64,000 nt of DNA. Source: the human T2T-CHM13v2.0 reference genome, Homo sapiens. The stretch lies in the NCBI RefSeq assembly GCF_009914755.1, contig NC_060933.1, one strand, 5' to 3'. Both the position numbers and the translations under genes were made by a program. Each line of letters starts with the position of its first letter. Within the stretch, counting starts at the first letter, position 1. Positions 12,101 to 27,300 of the stretch are shown piece by piece. Below the pieces are notes generated by a model, which searched no databases, was not told the DNA's origin, and was given only the letters and a program-made list of their open reading frames with translations.

Positions 12101-15100
12101 GAATGGAATGGAATGGAACGGAACGGAACGGAATGGAATGGATTGGAATGGAATGGAATGGAATGGAATGGAACGGAAAGGAATGGAATGGAATGGAATG
12201 GAATGGAATGGAATGGAATCAACGCGAGTGCAGGGGAATGGAATGGAATGGAATGCAATGGAATGGAATTTTCCGGAATGGAATGGAATGGAATGGTATG
12301 GAATCAACCCGAGTGCAATGGAATGGAGTGAAATGGAATGGAATGGAATGGAACAACCCGAAAGGAATCGAATGTAATGGAGAGTAAGGGAGTTGAATAG
12401 AATCAATCCGAATGTAATGGAATGGAATGGAACGGAATGGAATTGAATGGAATGGAATGGAATGCATTGGAATGGAATCAACCCGAGTGCAATGGAATGG
12501 AGAGGAATGGAATGGAATGGAATGGAAACTACCCGAATGGAATGGAATGTAATGGAGTGTAAGGGAATTGAATAGAATCAATCCGAATGTAATGGAATGG
12601 AATGGAACGGAATGGAATGGAATGGAATGGAATGGAATGGAATGCAATGCAATGGAATGGAATCAACCCGAGTACAATGGAATGGAATGGAATTTAATGG
12701 AATGGAATGGAATGGAATGGAATGCCTTCAAACCGAATGGAATGGAAAGGAATGGAATCAACACGAATGGAATGGAATGGAATGGAATGGAATGGAATGG
12801 AATGATACGGAATAGAATGGAATGGAACGAAATGGAATGGAATGGAATGGAATGGAATGGAATGGAATGGAATGGAATCGTTCCGAGTGGAATAGGAGGG
12901 AATGTATTCGAGTGGAATGGAAAGGAATGGAATCAACCAGAGTGGAATGGAAGGGAATGGAATGGAATGGAAACTAATAGAATGGAATCAACCCGAGTGG
13001 AATGGAATGGAAAAGACTGGAATGGAAAGGAACGGAATGGAATGGAATGGAATGGAATGGAATGGAATGGAATGGAATGGAATGGAATCAACGCGAGTGC
13101 AGGGGAATGGAATGGAATCGAATGGAATGGAATGGAATGGAATCAACCCGAGTGCAGGGGAATGTAATGGAACGGAATGCAATGGACTGGAATCATCCGG
13201 AATGGAATGCAATGGAATGGAATGGAATCAACCCGAGTGCAAAGGAATGGAGTGGAATGGAATGGAATGGAATGGAACAACCCGAATAGAATGGAATGTA
13301 ATGGAGAGTAAGGGAGTTGAAAAGAATCAATCCGAATGTAATGGAATGGAATGGAACGGAATGGAATGGAATGGAATGGAATGGAATGGAATGCAATGGA
13401 ATGGAATCAACCCGAGTACAATGGAATGGAATGGAATGGAATGGAATGGAATGGAATGGAATGGAATGCAATGGAATGGAATCTTCCGGAATGGAATGGA
13501 ATGGAATGGAATGGAATGGAATGGAATGCAATGGAATGGAATCTTCCGGAATGGAATGGAATGGAATGGAATGGAATGCAATGGATTCAAATCGATTGCA
13601 ATGGAATGGAATAGAATGGAATGGAATGGAATGGAATGGAATGGAATGGAATGGAATTAAACCGAATAGAATGGAATGGAATGGAATGGAACGGAATGGA
13701 ACGGAACGGAACGGAACGGAGTGGAATGGAATGGAATGGAATTGTATGCAATGGAATTGAATGGTACGGAATAGAATGGAATGGAAAGAATTGGAATGGA
13801 ATGGAATCGAATGGAATGGAATGGAATGGAATGGAATCAACCCGAGTGCAGGGGAATGTAATGGAACGGAATGCAATGGAATGGAATCATCCGGAATGGA
13901 ATGGAATGGAATGGAATGGAATGGAATGGAATGGAATGGAATGGAATGGAATCAATCCGAGTGCAATGGAATGGAGTGGAATGGAATGGAATGGAATGGA
14001 ACAACCCGAATGGAATGGAATGTAATGGAGAGTAAGTGAGTTGAATAGAATCAATCCGAATGAAATGGAATGGAATGCAACGGAATGGAATGGAATGGAA
14101 TGGAATGGAATGGAATGCAATGGAATGGAATCAACCCGAGTACAATGGAATGGAATGGACTGGAATGGAATGGAATGGAATGGAATGGAATGCCTTCAAA
14201 CCGAATGGAATGGAAAGGAATGAAATCAAAACGAGTGGAATGGAATGGAATGGAATGGAATGGAATGGAATGGAATGATACGGAATAGAATGGAATGGAA
14301 CGAAATGGAATGGAATGGAATGGAATGGAATGGAATGGAATCGTTCCGAGTGGAATAGGAGGGAATGTATTCGAGTGGAATGGAAAGGAATGGAATCAAC
14401 CAGAGTGGAATGGAAGGGAATGGAATGGAATGGAAACTAATAGAATGGAATCAACCCGAGTGGAATGGAATGGAAAGGACTGGAATGGAAAGGAATGGAA
14501 TGGAATGGAATGGAATGGAATGGAATGGAATGGAATGGAATCAACGCGAGTGCAGGGAAATGGAATGGAATGGAATGGAATGGAATGGAATGGAATTTAA
14601 TCAACCCGAGTGCAGGGGAATGTAATGGAACGGAATGCAATGGAATGGAATCATCCGGAATGGAATGCAATGGAATGGAATGGAATCAACCCGAGTGCAA
14701 TGGAATTGAGTGGAATGGAATGGAATTGCATGGAACAATCCGAATGGAATGGAATGTAATGGAGAGTAAGGGAGTTGAAAAGAATCAATCCGAATGTAAT
14801 GGAATGGAACGGAATGGAATGGAATGGAATGGAATGGAATGGAATGGAATGGAATGGAATGGAATGCAATGGAATGGAATCAACCCGAGTACAATGGAAT
14901 GGAATGGAATGGAATGGAATGGAATGGAATGGAATGGAATGGAAAGATACGGAATAGAATGGAATGGAACGAAATGGAATGGAATGCAATGGAATGGAAT
15001 GGAATGGAATGGAATCGTTCCGAGTGGAATAGGAGGGAATGTATTCGAGTGGAATGGAAAGGAATGGAATCAACCAGAGTGGAATGGAAGGCAATGGAAT

Positions 15101-18100
15101 GGAATGGAAACTAATAGAATGGAATCAACCCGAGTGGAATGGAATGGAAAGGAATGGAATGGAATGGAATGGAATGGAATCAACTCGATTGTAATGGAAT
15201 GGAATGGAATGGAATGGAATGGAATGGAATGGAATGGAATGGAATCAACCCGAGTGCAATGGAATGGAGTGGAATGGAATGGAATGGAATGGAACAACCT
15301 GAATGGAATGGAATGGAATGGAGAGTAAGGGAGTTGAATAGAATCAATCCGCATGTAATGGAATTGAATGGAACGGAATGGAATTGAATGGAATGGAATG
15401 GAATGCAATGGAATGGAATCAACCCGAGTGCAATGGAATGGAGAGGAATGGAATGGAATGGAATGGAAACTACCCGAATGGAATGGAATGTAATGCAGTG
15501 TAAGGGAATTGAATAGAATCAATCCGAATGTAATGGAATGGAATGTAATGGAATGGAATGGAATGGAATGGAATGGAATGGAATGGAATTGAATGGAATG
15601 GAATGCAATGGAATGGAATCAACCCGAGTGCAATCGAATGGAATCAAATTGAATGGAATGCAATGGAATGGATTCAACTTGAATGGAATGGAAAGAATGG
15701 AATCAACACGAGTGGAATGGCATGGATTGGAATGGAATGGAATGGAATCAACCCGAGTACAGGGGAATGGAATGGAATGGAATGCAATGGAATGGAATCA
15801 TCCGTAATGGAATGGAAAGGAATGGAATGGAATGGAATGGAATGGAATTGAATGGAATCAACTCGATTGCAATCGAATGGAATGGAATGGAATTAACCCG
15901 AATAGAATGGAATGGAATGGAATGGAACGGAACGGAATGGAATGGAATGGAATGGAATGGAATGGAATGGAATGCAATGGAATGGAATGGAATGGAATGG
16001 AATGGAATGGAATGGAATGGTATGGAATGGAATGGAATGGTACGGAATAGAATGGAATCCAACGAATTGTAATGGAATGGAATTGAATGGAATGGAATGG
16101 AATGGAATGAACGCGAGTGCAGGGGAATGTAATGGAACGGAATGCAATGGAATGGAATCATCCGGAATGGAATGGAATGGAATGGAATGGAATGGAATCA
16201 ACCCTAGTGCAATGGAATGGAGTGGAATGGAATGGAATGGAATGGAACAACCCGTATGGAATGGAATGTAATGGAGAGTAAGGGCTTTGAATAGAATCAA
16301 TCCGAATGTAATGGAATGGAATGCAAGGGAATGGAATGGAATGGAATGGAATGGAATGCAATGGAATGGAATCAACCCGAGTACAATGGAAAGGAATGGA
16401 ATGGAATGGAATGGAATGCAATGGAATGGAATCTTCCGGAATGGAAAGGAATGGAATGGAATGGAATGGAATGGAATGCAATGGATTCAACTCGATTCCA
16501 ATGGAATGGAATAGAATGGAATGGAATGGAATGGAATGGAATTAAACCGAATAGAATGGAACGGAATGGAACGGAACTGAACGGAACGGAACGGAGTGGA
16601 ATTGAATGGAATGGAATTGTATGGAATGGAATGGAATGGTAGGGAATAGAATGGAATGGAATGAATTGGAATGGAATGGAATCGAATGGAATGGAATGGA
16701 ATGGAATGGAATCAACCCGAGTGCAGGGGAATGTAATGGAACGGAATGCAATGGAATGGAATCATCCGGAATGGAATGGAATGGAATGGAATGGAATGGA
16801 ATGGAATGGAATCAACCCGAGTGCAATGGAATGGAGTGGAATGGAATGGAATGGAATGGAATAGAATCAACTCGATTGGAATGGAATGGAATGGAATGGA
16901 ATTAACCCGAATAGAATGGAATGGAATGGAATGGAACGGAACGGAACGGAACGGAATGGAATGGAATGGAATGGAATGGAATGGAACGGAAAGGAATGGA
17001 ATGGAATGGAATGGAATGGAATGGAATGGAATCAACCCGACTGCAGGGGAATGGAATGGAATGGAAAGCAATGGAATGGATTCAACTTGAATGGAATGGA
17101 AAGAATGGAATCAACACGAGTGGAATGCCATGGATTGGAATGGAATGGAATGGAATCAACCCGAGTACAGGGGAAAGGAATGGAATGGAATGCAATGGAA
17201 TGCAATCATCCGTAATGGAATGGAAAGGTATGGAATGGAATGGAATGGAATGGAATGGAATGGAATGGCATGGAATCAACTCGATTGCAATCGAATGGAA
17301 TGGAATGGAATTAACCCGAATAGAATGGAATGGAATGGAATGGAACGGAACGGAACGGAATGGAATGGAATGGAATGGAATGGAATGGAACGGAAAGGAA
17401 TGGAATGGAATGGAATGGAATGGAATGGAATGGAATGGAATGGAATGGAATCAACGTGAGTGCAGGGGAATGGAATGGAATGGAATGCAATGGAATGGAA
17501 TCTTCAGGAATGGAATGGAATGGAATGGAATGGAATGGAATGGAATGGAATCAACTCGATTGCAATCGAATGGAATGGAATGGAATTAACCCGAATAGAA
17601 TGGAATGGAATGGAATGGAACGGAACGGAATGGAATGGAATGGAATGGAATGGAATGGAACGGAACGGAACGGAATGGAATGGAATGGAATGGAATGGAA
17701 TGGAATGGAATGGAATCAACGCGAGTGCAGGGGAATGGAATGGAATGGAATGCAATGGAATGGAATCTTCCGGAATGGAATGGAATGGAATGAAATGCAA
17801 TGGATTCAACTCGATTGCAATGAAATGGAATAGAATGGAATAGAATGGAATGGAATGGAATGGAATGGAATGGAATGGAATGGAATTAACCCGAATAGAA
17901 TGGAATGGAATGGAATGGAACGGAATGGAACGGAATGGAATGGAATGGAATGCAATGGAATGATATGGAATGGAATGGAATGGTATGGAATAGAATGGAA
18001 TGGAACGAATTGTAATGGAACGGAATTGAATGGAATGGAATGGAATCAACGCGAGTTTAGGGGAATGTAATGGAACGGAATGCAATGGAATGGAATCATC

Positions 18101-21100
18101 CGTAATGGAATGGAATGGAATGGAATGGAATGGAATGGAATCAACCCGAGAGCAATGGAATGGAGTGGAATGGAATGGAATGGAATGGAACAACCCGAAT
18201 GGAATGGAATGTAATGGAGAGTAAGGGAGTTGAATAGAATCAATCCGAATGTAATGGAATGGAATGCAACGGAATGGAATGGAATGGAATGGAATGGAAT
18301 GCAATGGAATGGAATCAACCCGAGTACAATGAAATGGAATGGAATGGAATGGAATGGAATGGAATGGAACGGAATGGAATGGAATGCCTTCAAACCGAAT
18401 GGAATGGAAAGGAATGGAATCAACACGAGTGGAATGCAATGGAATGGAAAGGAATGGAATGGAATGGAATGGTATGGAATAGAATGGAATGGAACAAAAT
18501 GGAATGGAATGGAATGGAATGGAATGGAATGGAATGGAATGGAATGGAATGATACGGAATAGAATGGAATGGAACAAAATGGAATGGAATGGAATGGAAT
18601 GGAATGGAATGGAATGGAATGGAATGGAATAAACCAGAGTGGAATGGAAGGGAATGGAATGGAATGGAAACTAATAGAATGGAATCAACCCGAGTGGAAT
18701 GGAATGGAAAGGACTGGAATGGAAAGGAATGGAATGGAATGGAATGGAATGGAATAGAATGGAATGGAATGCAATGGAATCGTTCCGAGTGGAATAGGAG
18801 GGAATGTATTCGAGTGGAATGGAAAGGAATGGAATCAACCAGAGTGGAATGGAAGGGAATGGAATGGAATGGAAAATAATAGAATGGAATCAACCCGAGT
18901 GGAATGGAATAGAAAGGACTGGAATGGAAAGGAATGGAATGGAATGGAATGGAATGGAATGGAATGGAATGGAATGGAATGGAATCAACGCGAGTGCAGG
19001 GGAATGGAATGGAATCGAATGGAATGGAATGGAATGGAATGGATTCAACCCGAGTGCAGGGGAATGTAATGAAACGGAATGCAATGGAATGGATTCATCC
19101 GGAATGGAAAGGAATGGAATGGAATGGAATCAACCCGAGTGCAATGGAATGGAGTGGAATGGAATGGAATGGAATGGAAAAACCCGAATGGAATGGAATG
19201 TAATGGAGATTAAGGGAGTTGAAAAGAATCAATCCGAATGTAATGGAATGGAATGGAACGGAATGGAATGGAATGGAATGGAATGGAATGGAATGCAATG
19301 TAATGGAAGCAACACGAGTACAATGGAATGGAATGGAATGGAATGGAATGGAATGGAATGGAATGGAATGCAATGGAATGGAATCTTCCGGAATGGAATG
19401 GAATGGAATGGAATGGAATGGAATGGAATGGAATGGAATGGAATGCAATGCATTCATCTCGATTGCCATGGAATGGAATAGAATGCAATGGAATGGAATG
19501 GAATGGAATTAAACCGAATAGAATGGAATGGAATGGAATGGAACGGAACGGAAAGGAAAGGAAGGGAATGGAATGGAATAGAATGGAATGGAATGGAATG
19601 GAATGGAATGGAATTAAACCGAATAGAATGGAATGGAATGGAATGGAATGGAATGGAACGGAAAGGAAGGGAATGGAATGGAATAGAATGGAATGGAATG
19701 GAATCAACGCGAGTGCAGGGGAATGGAATGGAATGGAATGCAATGGAATGGAATCTTCCGGAATGGAATGGAATGGAATGGAATGGAATGGAATGGAATG
19801 GAATTAACCCGAGTGCAATCGAATGGAGTGGAATGGAATGGAATGGAATGGAACAACCCGAATGGAGTGGAATGTAATGGAGAGTAAGGGAGTTGAATAC
19901 AATCAATCCGAATGTAATGGAATGGAATGCAACGGAATGGAATTGAATGGAATGGAATGGAATGCAATGGAATGGAATCAACCCGAGTGCAATGGAATGG
20001 AGAGGAATGGAATGGAATGGAATGGAAACTACCCGAATGGAATGGAATTAAATGTAATGGAGTGTAAGGGAATTGAATAGAATGAATCCGAATGTAATGG
20101 AATGGAATGGAACGGAATGGAATGGAATGGAATGGAATGGAATGGAATGGAATGCAATGGAATGGAATCAACCCGAGTGCAATCGAATGGAATCGAATGG
20201 AATGGAATGCAATGGAATGGATTCAACTTGAATGGAATGGAAAGAATGGACTCAACACGAGTGGAATGGCATGGATTGGAATGGAATGGAATGGAATCAA
20301 CCCGAGTACAGGGGAATGGAATGGAATGGAATGCAATGGAATGGAATCATCTGTAATGGAATGGAAAGGAATGGAATGGAATGGAATGGAATGGAATCAA
20401 CTCGATTGTAATGGAATGGAATGGAATGGAATGGAATGGAATTAACCCGAATACAATGCAATGGAATGGGATGGAACGGAATGGAGTGGAATGGAATGGA
20501 ATCAACCCGAGTGCAGGGGAATGGAATGGAATGGAATGCAATGGAAAGGAATCATCCGGAATGGAATGGAATGGAATGGAATGCAAAGCAATGGAATCAA
20601 CTCGATAGCAATGGAATGGAATGGAATGGAAAGGAATACATTGGAATCAACCCGAGTGGAAAGGAATGGAAAGGACTGGAATGGAGTGGAATGGAATGGA
20701 ATGGAATGGAATGGAAAGGAATCAACTTGATTGGAATGGAATGGAATGGAATGGAATGGAATCAACGCGAGTGCAGGGGAATGGAATGGAATGGAATGCA
20801 ATGGAATGGAATCTTCCGGAATGGAATGGAATTGAATGGAATGGAATGGAATGGAATGGAATAAACCTGAGTGCAATGGAATGGAGTGGAATGCAATGGA
20901 ATGGAATGGAACAACCCGAATGGAATGGAATGTAATGGAGACTAAGGGAGTTGAATAGAATCAATCCGAATGTAATGGAATGGAATGGAACGGAATGGAA
21001 TTGAATGGAATGGAATGGGATGCAATGGAATGGAATCAACCCGAGTGCAATCGAATGGAATCGAATGGAATGGAATGCAATGGAATGGATTCAACTTGAA

Positions 21101-24100
21101 TGGAATGGAAAGAATGGAATCAACACGAGTGGAAGGGCATGGATTGGAATGCAATGGAATGGAATCAACCCGAGTACAGGGGAATGGAATGGAATGGAAT
21201 GCAATGCAATGGAATCATCCGTAATGGAATGGAAAGGAATGGAAAGGAATGGAATGGAATGGAATGGAATGGAATCAACACGATTGCAATCGAATGGAAT
21301 GGAATGGAATTAACCCGAATAGAATGGAATGGAATGGAATGGAACGGAACGGAATGGAATGGAATGGAATGGAATGGAATGGAATGGAACGGAACGGAAC
21401 GGAACGGAATGGAATGGAATGGAATGGAATGGAATGGAATGGAATCGAATCAACGCGAGTGCAGGGGAATGGAATGGAATGGAATGCAATGGAATGGAAT
21501 CTTCCGGAATGGAATGGAATGGAATGGAATAGAATGAAATGCAATGGATTCAACTCGATTGCAATGGAATGGAATAGAATGGAATGGAATGGAATGGAAT
21601 GGAATTTACCCGAATAGAATGGAATGGAATGGAATGGAACGGAATGGAACGGAATGGAATGGAATGGAATGGAATGGAATGGAATGGTATGGAATGGAAT
21701 GGAATGGTACGGAATAGAATGGAATGGAACGAATTGTAATGGAATGGAATTGAATGGAATGGAATGGAATGGAATGGAATCAACGCGAGTGCAGGGGAAT
21801 CTAATGGAACGGAATGCAATGGAATGGAATCATCCGGAATGGAATGGAATGGAATGGAATGGAATGGAATCAACCCGAGTGCAATGGAATGGAGTGGAAT
21901 GGAATGGAATGGAATGGAACAACCCGAATGGAATGGAATGTAATGGAGAGTAAGGGAGTTGAATAGAATCAATCCGAATGTAATGGAATGGAATGCAACG
22001 GAATGGAATGGAATGGAATGGAATGGAATGGAATGCAAAGGAATGGAATCAACCCGAGTGGAATGGCAAGGAATGGAATGCAATGGAATGGAAGTGAATG
22101 GAATCAACTCGAGTGGAAAGGAATGGAATGGAATGGAAAGGAATGGAATGAAATCAACTCGAGTGCAATGGAATGGAATGGAATGGATTGGAATCGATTG
22201 CAACGGAATGAAATGGAATGGAATGGAATGGAATCAATCATTCCGAGTGGAACGGAAGGGAAAGTAATGGAGTGGAAAGAAGGTAATGGAATCAACCCGA
22301 TTGGAATGCAAGGCAATGGAATGGAATGGAAAGGAATGGAATGGAATCAACTCGATTGCATTGGAATGGAATGGAATGGAATGGAATGGAATGGAATGGA
22401 ATGGAATGGAATGGAATGGAATGCAATGGAATGGAATCAACCCGAGTACAATGGAATGGAATGGAATGGAATGGAATGGAATGGAATGGAATGGAATGGA
22501 ATGCAATGGAATGGAATCTTCCGGAATGGAATGGAATGGAATGGAATGGAATGGAATGGAATGGAATGCAATGGATTCAACTCGATTGCAATGGAATGGA
22601 ATAGAATGGAATGGAATGGAATGGAATTAAACCGAATAGAATGGAATGGAATGGAATGGAACGGAACGGAATGGAACGGAACAGAACGGAGTGGAATGGA
22701 ATGGAATGGAATTGTATGGAATGGAATGGCATGGTACGGAATAGAATGGAATGGAAAGAATTGGAATGGAATGGAATCGAATGGAATGGAATGGAATGGA
22801 ATGGAATCAACCCGAGTGCAGGGGAATGTAATGGAACGGAATGCAATGGAATGGAATCATCCGGAATGGAATGGAATGGAATGGAATGGAATGGAATGGA
22901 ATGGAATGGAATCAACCTGAGTGCAATGGAATGGAGTGGAACGGAATGAAATGGAATGGAACAACCCGAATGGAATGGAATGTAATGGAGAGTAAGGGAG
23001 TTGAATAGAATCCATCCGAATGTAATGGAATGGAACGGAATGGAATGGAATGGAATGGAATGGAATGGAATGGAATGGAATGCAATGGAATGGAATCAAT
23101 CATTCCGAGTGGAATGGAAGGGAATGTAATGGAGTGGAAAAAAGGGAATGGAATCAACCTGATTGGAATGCAAGCAATGGAATGGAATGGAAAGGAATGG
23201 AATGGAATCAACTCGATTGCAATGGAATGGAATGGAATGGAATGGAATGGAATGGAATGTAATTAACCGGAATAGAATGGAATGCAATGGAATGGAACGG
23301 AATGGAATGGAATGGAAGGTAATGGAATCAACACGAGTGCAGGGTAATGGAATGGAATGGAATGGAATGCAATGGAATGGAATCATCCGGAATGGAATGG
23401 AATGGAATGGAATGGAATCAACTCCATTGCAATGGAATGGAATGGAATGGAATGGAATAGAATGGAATGGAATTAACCCGAATAGAATGGAATGCAATAG
23501 AATGGAAAGAAACGGAACCGAATGGAGTGGAATGGAATGGAATGGAATCAACCTGAGTGCAGGGGAATGGAATGGAATGGAATGCAATGGAATGGAATCA
23601 TCCGGAATGGAATGGAATGGAATGGAATGGAATCAAACCGAGTGCAATGGAATGGAGTGAAATTGAATGGAATGGAATGGAAACAACCAGAATGGATTGG
23701 AATAAAGTGGAGTGTAAGGGAATTGAATAGAATGAATCTGAATGTAATGAAATAGAATGGAACGGAATGGAATGGAATGGAATGGAATCGAATGGAATGG
23801 AATGGAATGGAATCAACCCGAGTGCAATGGAATGGATTCGAATGGAATGGAATGGAGTGGAATGGATTCAACCCGAATAGAATGGAAAGGAATGGAATCA
23901 ACCCGAGTGGAATGGCATGGAATGGAATGGAATGGAATGGAATGGAATGGAATGGAATGGAATAGAATGGAATGGAATCGAATGGAATGGAATGGAATGG
24001 AATCAACCCGAGTGCAGGGGAATGGAATGGAATGGAATGCAATGGAATGGAATCATCCGGAATGGAATGGAATGGAATGGAATGCAAAGCAATGGAATCA

Positions 24101-24314
24101 GCTCGATTGCAATGGAATGGAATGGAATGGAAAGGAATACATTGGAATCAACCCGAGGGGAATGGAATGGAAAGCACTGGAATGGAGTGGAATGGAATGG
24201 AATGTAATGGAATGGAATGGAATGGAATCAACTTGATTGGAATGGAATGGAATGGAATGGAATGGAATGGAATGCAATGGAATGGAATCAACCCGAGTGC
24301 AATCGAATGGAATC
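9176..24314 (+). repeat. 15,139 bp higher-order unit, first full copy
   Basis: 9176 onward matches 24315 onward at +15139; the match fails at 9175 (G) versus 24314 (C). Confidence 0.92.
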
Positions 24315-27300
24315 GAATGGAATGGAATGCAATGGAATGGATTCAACTTGAATGGAATGGAAAGAATGGAATCAACACGAGTGGAATGGTATGGATTGGA
24401 ATGGAATGGAATGGAATCAACCCGAGTACAGGGGAATGGAATGGAATGGAATGCAATGGAATGGAATCATCTGTAATGGAATGGAAAGGAGTGGAATGGA
24501 ATGGAATAGAATGGAATGGAATCAACTCGATTGCAATCGAATGGAATGGAATGGAATTAACCCGAATAGAATGGAATGGAATGGAATGGAACGGAACGGA
24601 ACGGAATGGAATGGATTGGAATGGAATGGAATGGAATGGAATGGAACGGAAAGGAATGGAATGGAATGGAATGGTATGGAATGGAATGGAATCAGCGCGA
24701 GTGCAGGGGAATGGAATGGAATGGAATGCAATGGAATGGAATCTTCCGGAATGGAATGGAATGGAATCAACCCGAGTGCAATGGAATGGAGTGGAATGGA
24801 ATGGAATGGAATGGAACAACCCGAAAGGAATCGAGTGTAATGGAGAGTAAGGGAGTTGAATAGAATAAATCCGAATGTAATGGAATGGAATGGAACGGAA
24901 TGGAATTGAATGGAATGGAATGGAATGCAATGGAATGGAATCAACCCGAGTGCAATGGAATGGAGAGGAATGGAATGGAATGGAATGGAAGCTACCCGAA
25001 TGGAATGGAATGTAATGGAGTGTAAGGGAATTGAATAGAATCAATCCGAATGTAATGGAATGGAATGGAACGGAATGGAATGGAATGGAATGGAATGGAA
25101 GGGAATGGAATGCAATGCAATGGAATGGAATCAACCCGAGTACAATGGAATGGAATGGAATGGAATGGAATGGAATGGAATGATACGGAATAGAATGGAA
25201 TGGAACGAAATGGAATGGAATGGTATGGAATGGAATGTAATGGAATGGAATGGAATGGAATCGTTCCGAGTGGAATACGAGGGAATGTATTCGAGTGGAA
25301 TGGAAAGGAATGGAATCAACCAGAGTGGAATGGAAGGGAATGGAATGGAATGGAAACTAATAGAATGGAATCAACCCGAGAGGAATAGAATGGAAAGGAC
25401 TGGAATGGAATGGAATGGAATGGAATCAACTCGATTGTAAAGGAATGGAATGGAATGGAATGGAATGGAACGGAATTAACCCGAATACAATGCAATGGAA
25501 TGGAATGGAACGGAATGGAGTGGAATGGAATGGAATCAACCCGAGTGCAGGGGAATGGAATGGAATGGAATGCAATGGAATGGAATCATCCGGAATGGAA
25601 TGGAATGGAATGGAATGCAAAGCAATGGAATCAACTCGATTGCAATGGAATGGAATGGAATGGAATGGAAAGGAATACATTGGAATCAACCCGAGTGGAA
25701 TGGAATGGAAAGGACTGGAATGGAGTGGAATGGAATGGAATGGAATGGAATGGAATCAACTCGATTGGAATGGAATGGAATGGAATGGAATGGAATGAAA
25801 TGGAATTAACCCGAATAGAATGGAATGCAATGGAATGGAACGGAACGGAACGGAATGGAATGGAATGGAATGGAATGGAATGGAATGGAATGGAATGGAA
25901 ACAACCCGACTGCAGGGGAATGGAATGGAATGGAATGCAATGGAATGGATTCAACTTGAATGGAATGGAAAGAATGGAATCAACACGAGTGGAATGGCAT
26001 GGATTGGAATGGAATGGAATGGAATCAACCCGAGTACAGGGGAATGGAATGGAATGGAATGCAATGGAATGGAATCATCCGTAATGGAATGGAAAGGAAT
26101 GGAATGGAATGGAATGGAATGGAATGGAATGGAATGGAATCAACTCGATTGCAATCGAATGGAATGGAATGGAATTAACCCGAATAGAATGGAATGGAAT
26201 GGAATGGAACGGAACGGAACGGAACGGAATGGATTGGAATGGAATGGAATGGAATGGAATTGAATGGAATGGAACGGAAAGGAATGGAATGGAATGGAAT
26301 GGAATGGAATGGAATGGAATGGAATGGAATCAACGCGAGTGCACGGGAATGGAATGGAATGGAATGCAATGGAATGGAATCTTCCGGAATGGAATGGAAT
26401 GGAATGGAATGGAATGCAATGCAATGGAATAAACCCGAATGCAATGGAATGGAGTGGAATGGAATGGAATGGAATGGAACAACCCGAATGGAATGGAATG
26501 TAATGGAGAGTAAGGGAGTTGAATAGAATAAATCCGAATGTAATGGAATGGAATGGAACGGAATGGAATTGAATGGAATGGAATGGAATGCAATGGAATG
26601 GAATCAACCCGAGTTCAATGGAATAGAGAGGAATGGAATGGAATGGAATGGAAACTACCCGAATGGAATGGAATGTAGTGGAGTGTAAGGGAATTGAATA
26701 GAATCAATCCGAATGTAATGGAATGGAATGGAAAGGAATGGAATGGAATGGAATGGAATGGAATGGAATGGAATGGAATGCAATGGAATGGAATCAACCC
26801 GAGTGCAACCGAATGGAATCGAATGGAATGGAATGCAATGGAATGGATTCAACTTGAATGGAATGGAAAGAATGGAATCAACACGTGTGGAATTGCATGG
26901 ATTCGAATGGAATGGAATGGAATCAACCCGAGTACAGGGGAATGGAATGGAATGGAATGCAATGGAATGGAATCATCCGTAATGGAATGGAAAGGAATGG
27001 AATGGAATGGAATGGAATGGAATGGAATGGAATAGAATGGAATCAACTCGATTGCAATCGAATGGAATGGAATGGAATTAACCCGAATAGAATGGAGTGG
27101 AATGGAATGGAACGGAACGGAATGGCATGGAATGGAATGGAATGGAACGGAAAGGGAGGGATTGGAATGGAATATAATGGAATGGAATCAACTCGATTGC
27201 AATGGAATGGAATGGAATGGAATTAACCCGAATAGAATTGAATGGAATGGAATGGAACGGAACGGAACGGAATGGAATGGATTGGAATGGAATGGAATGG

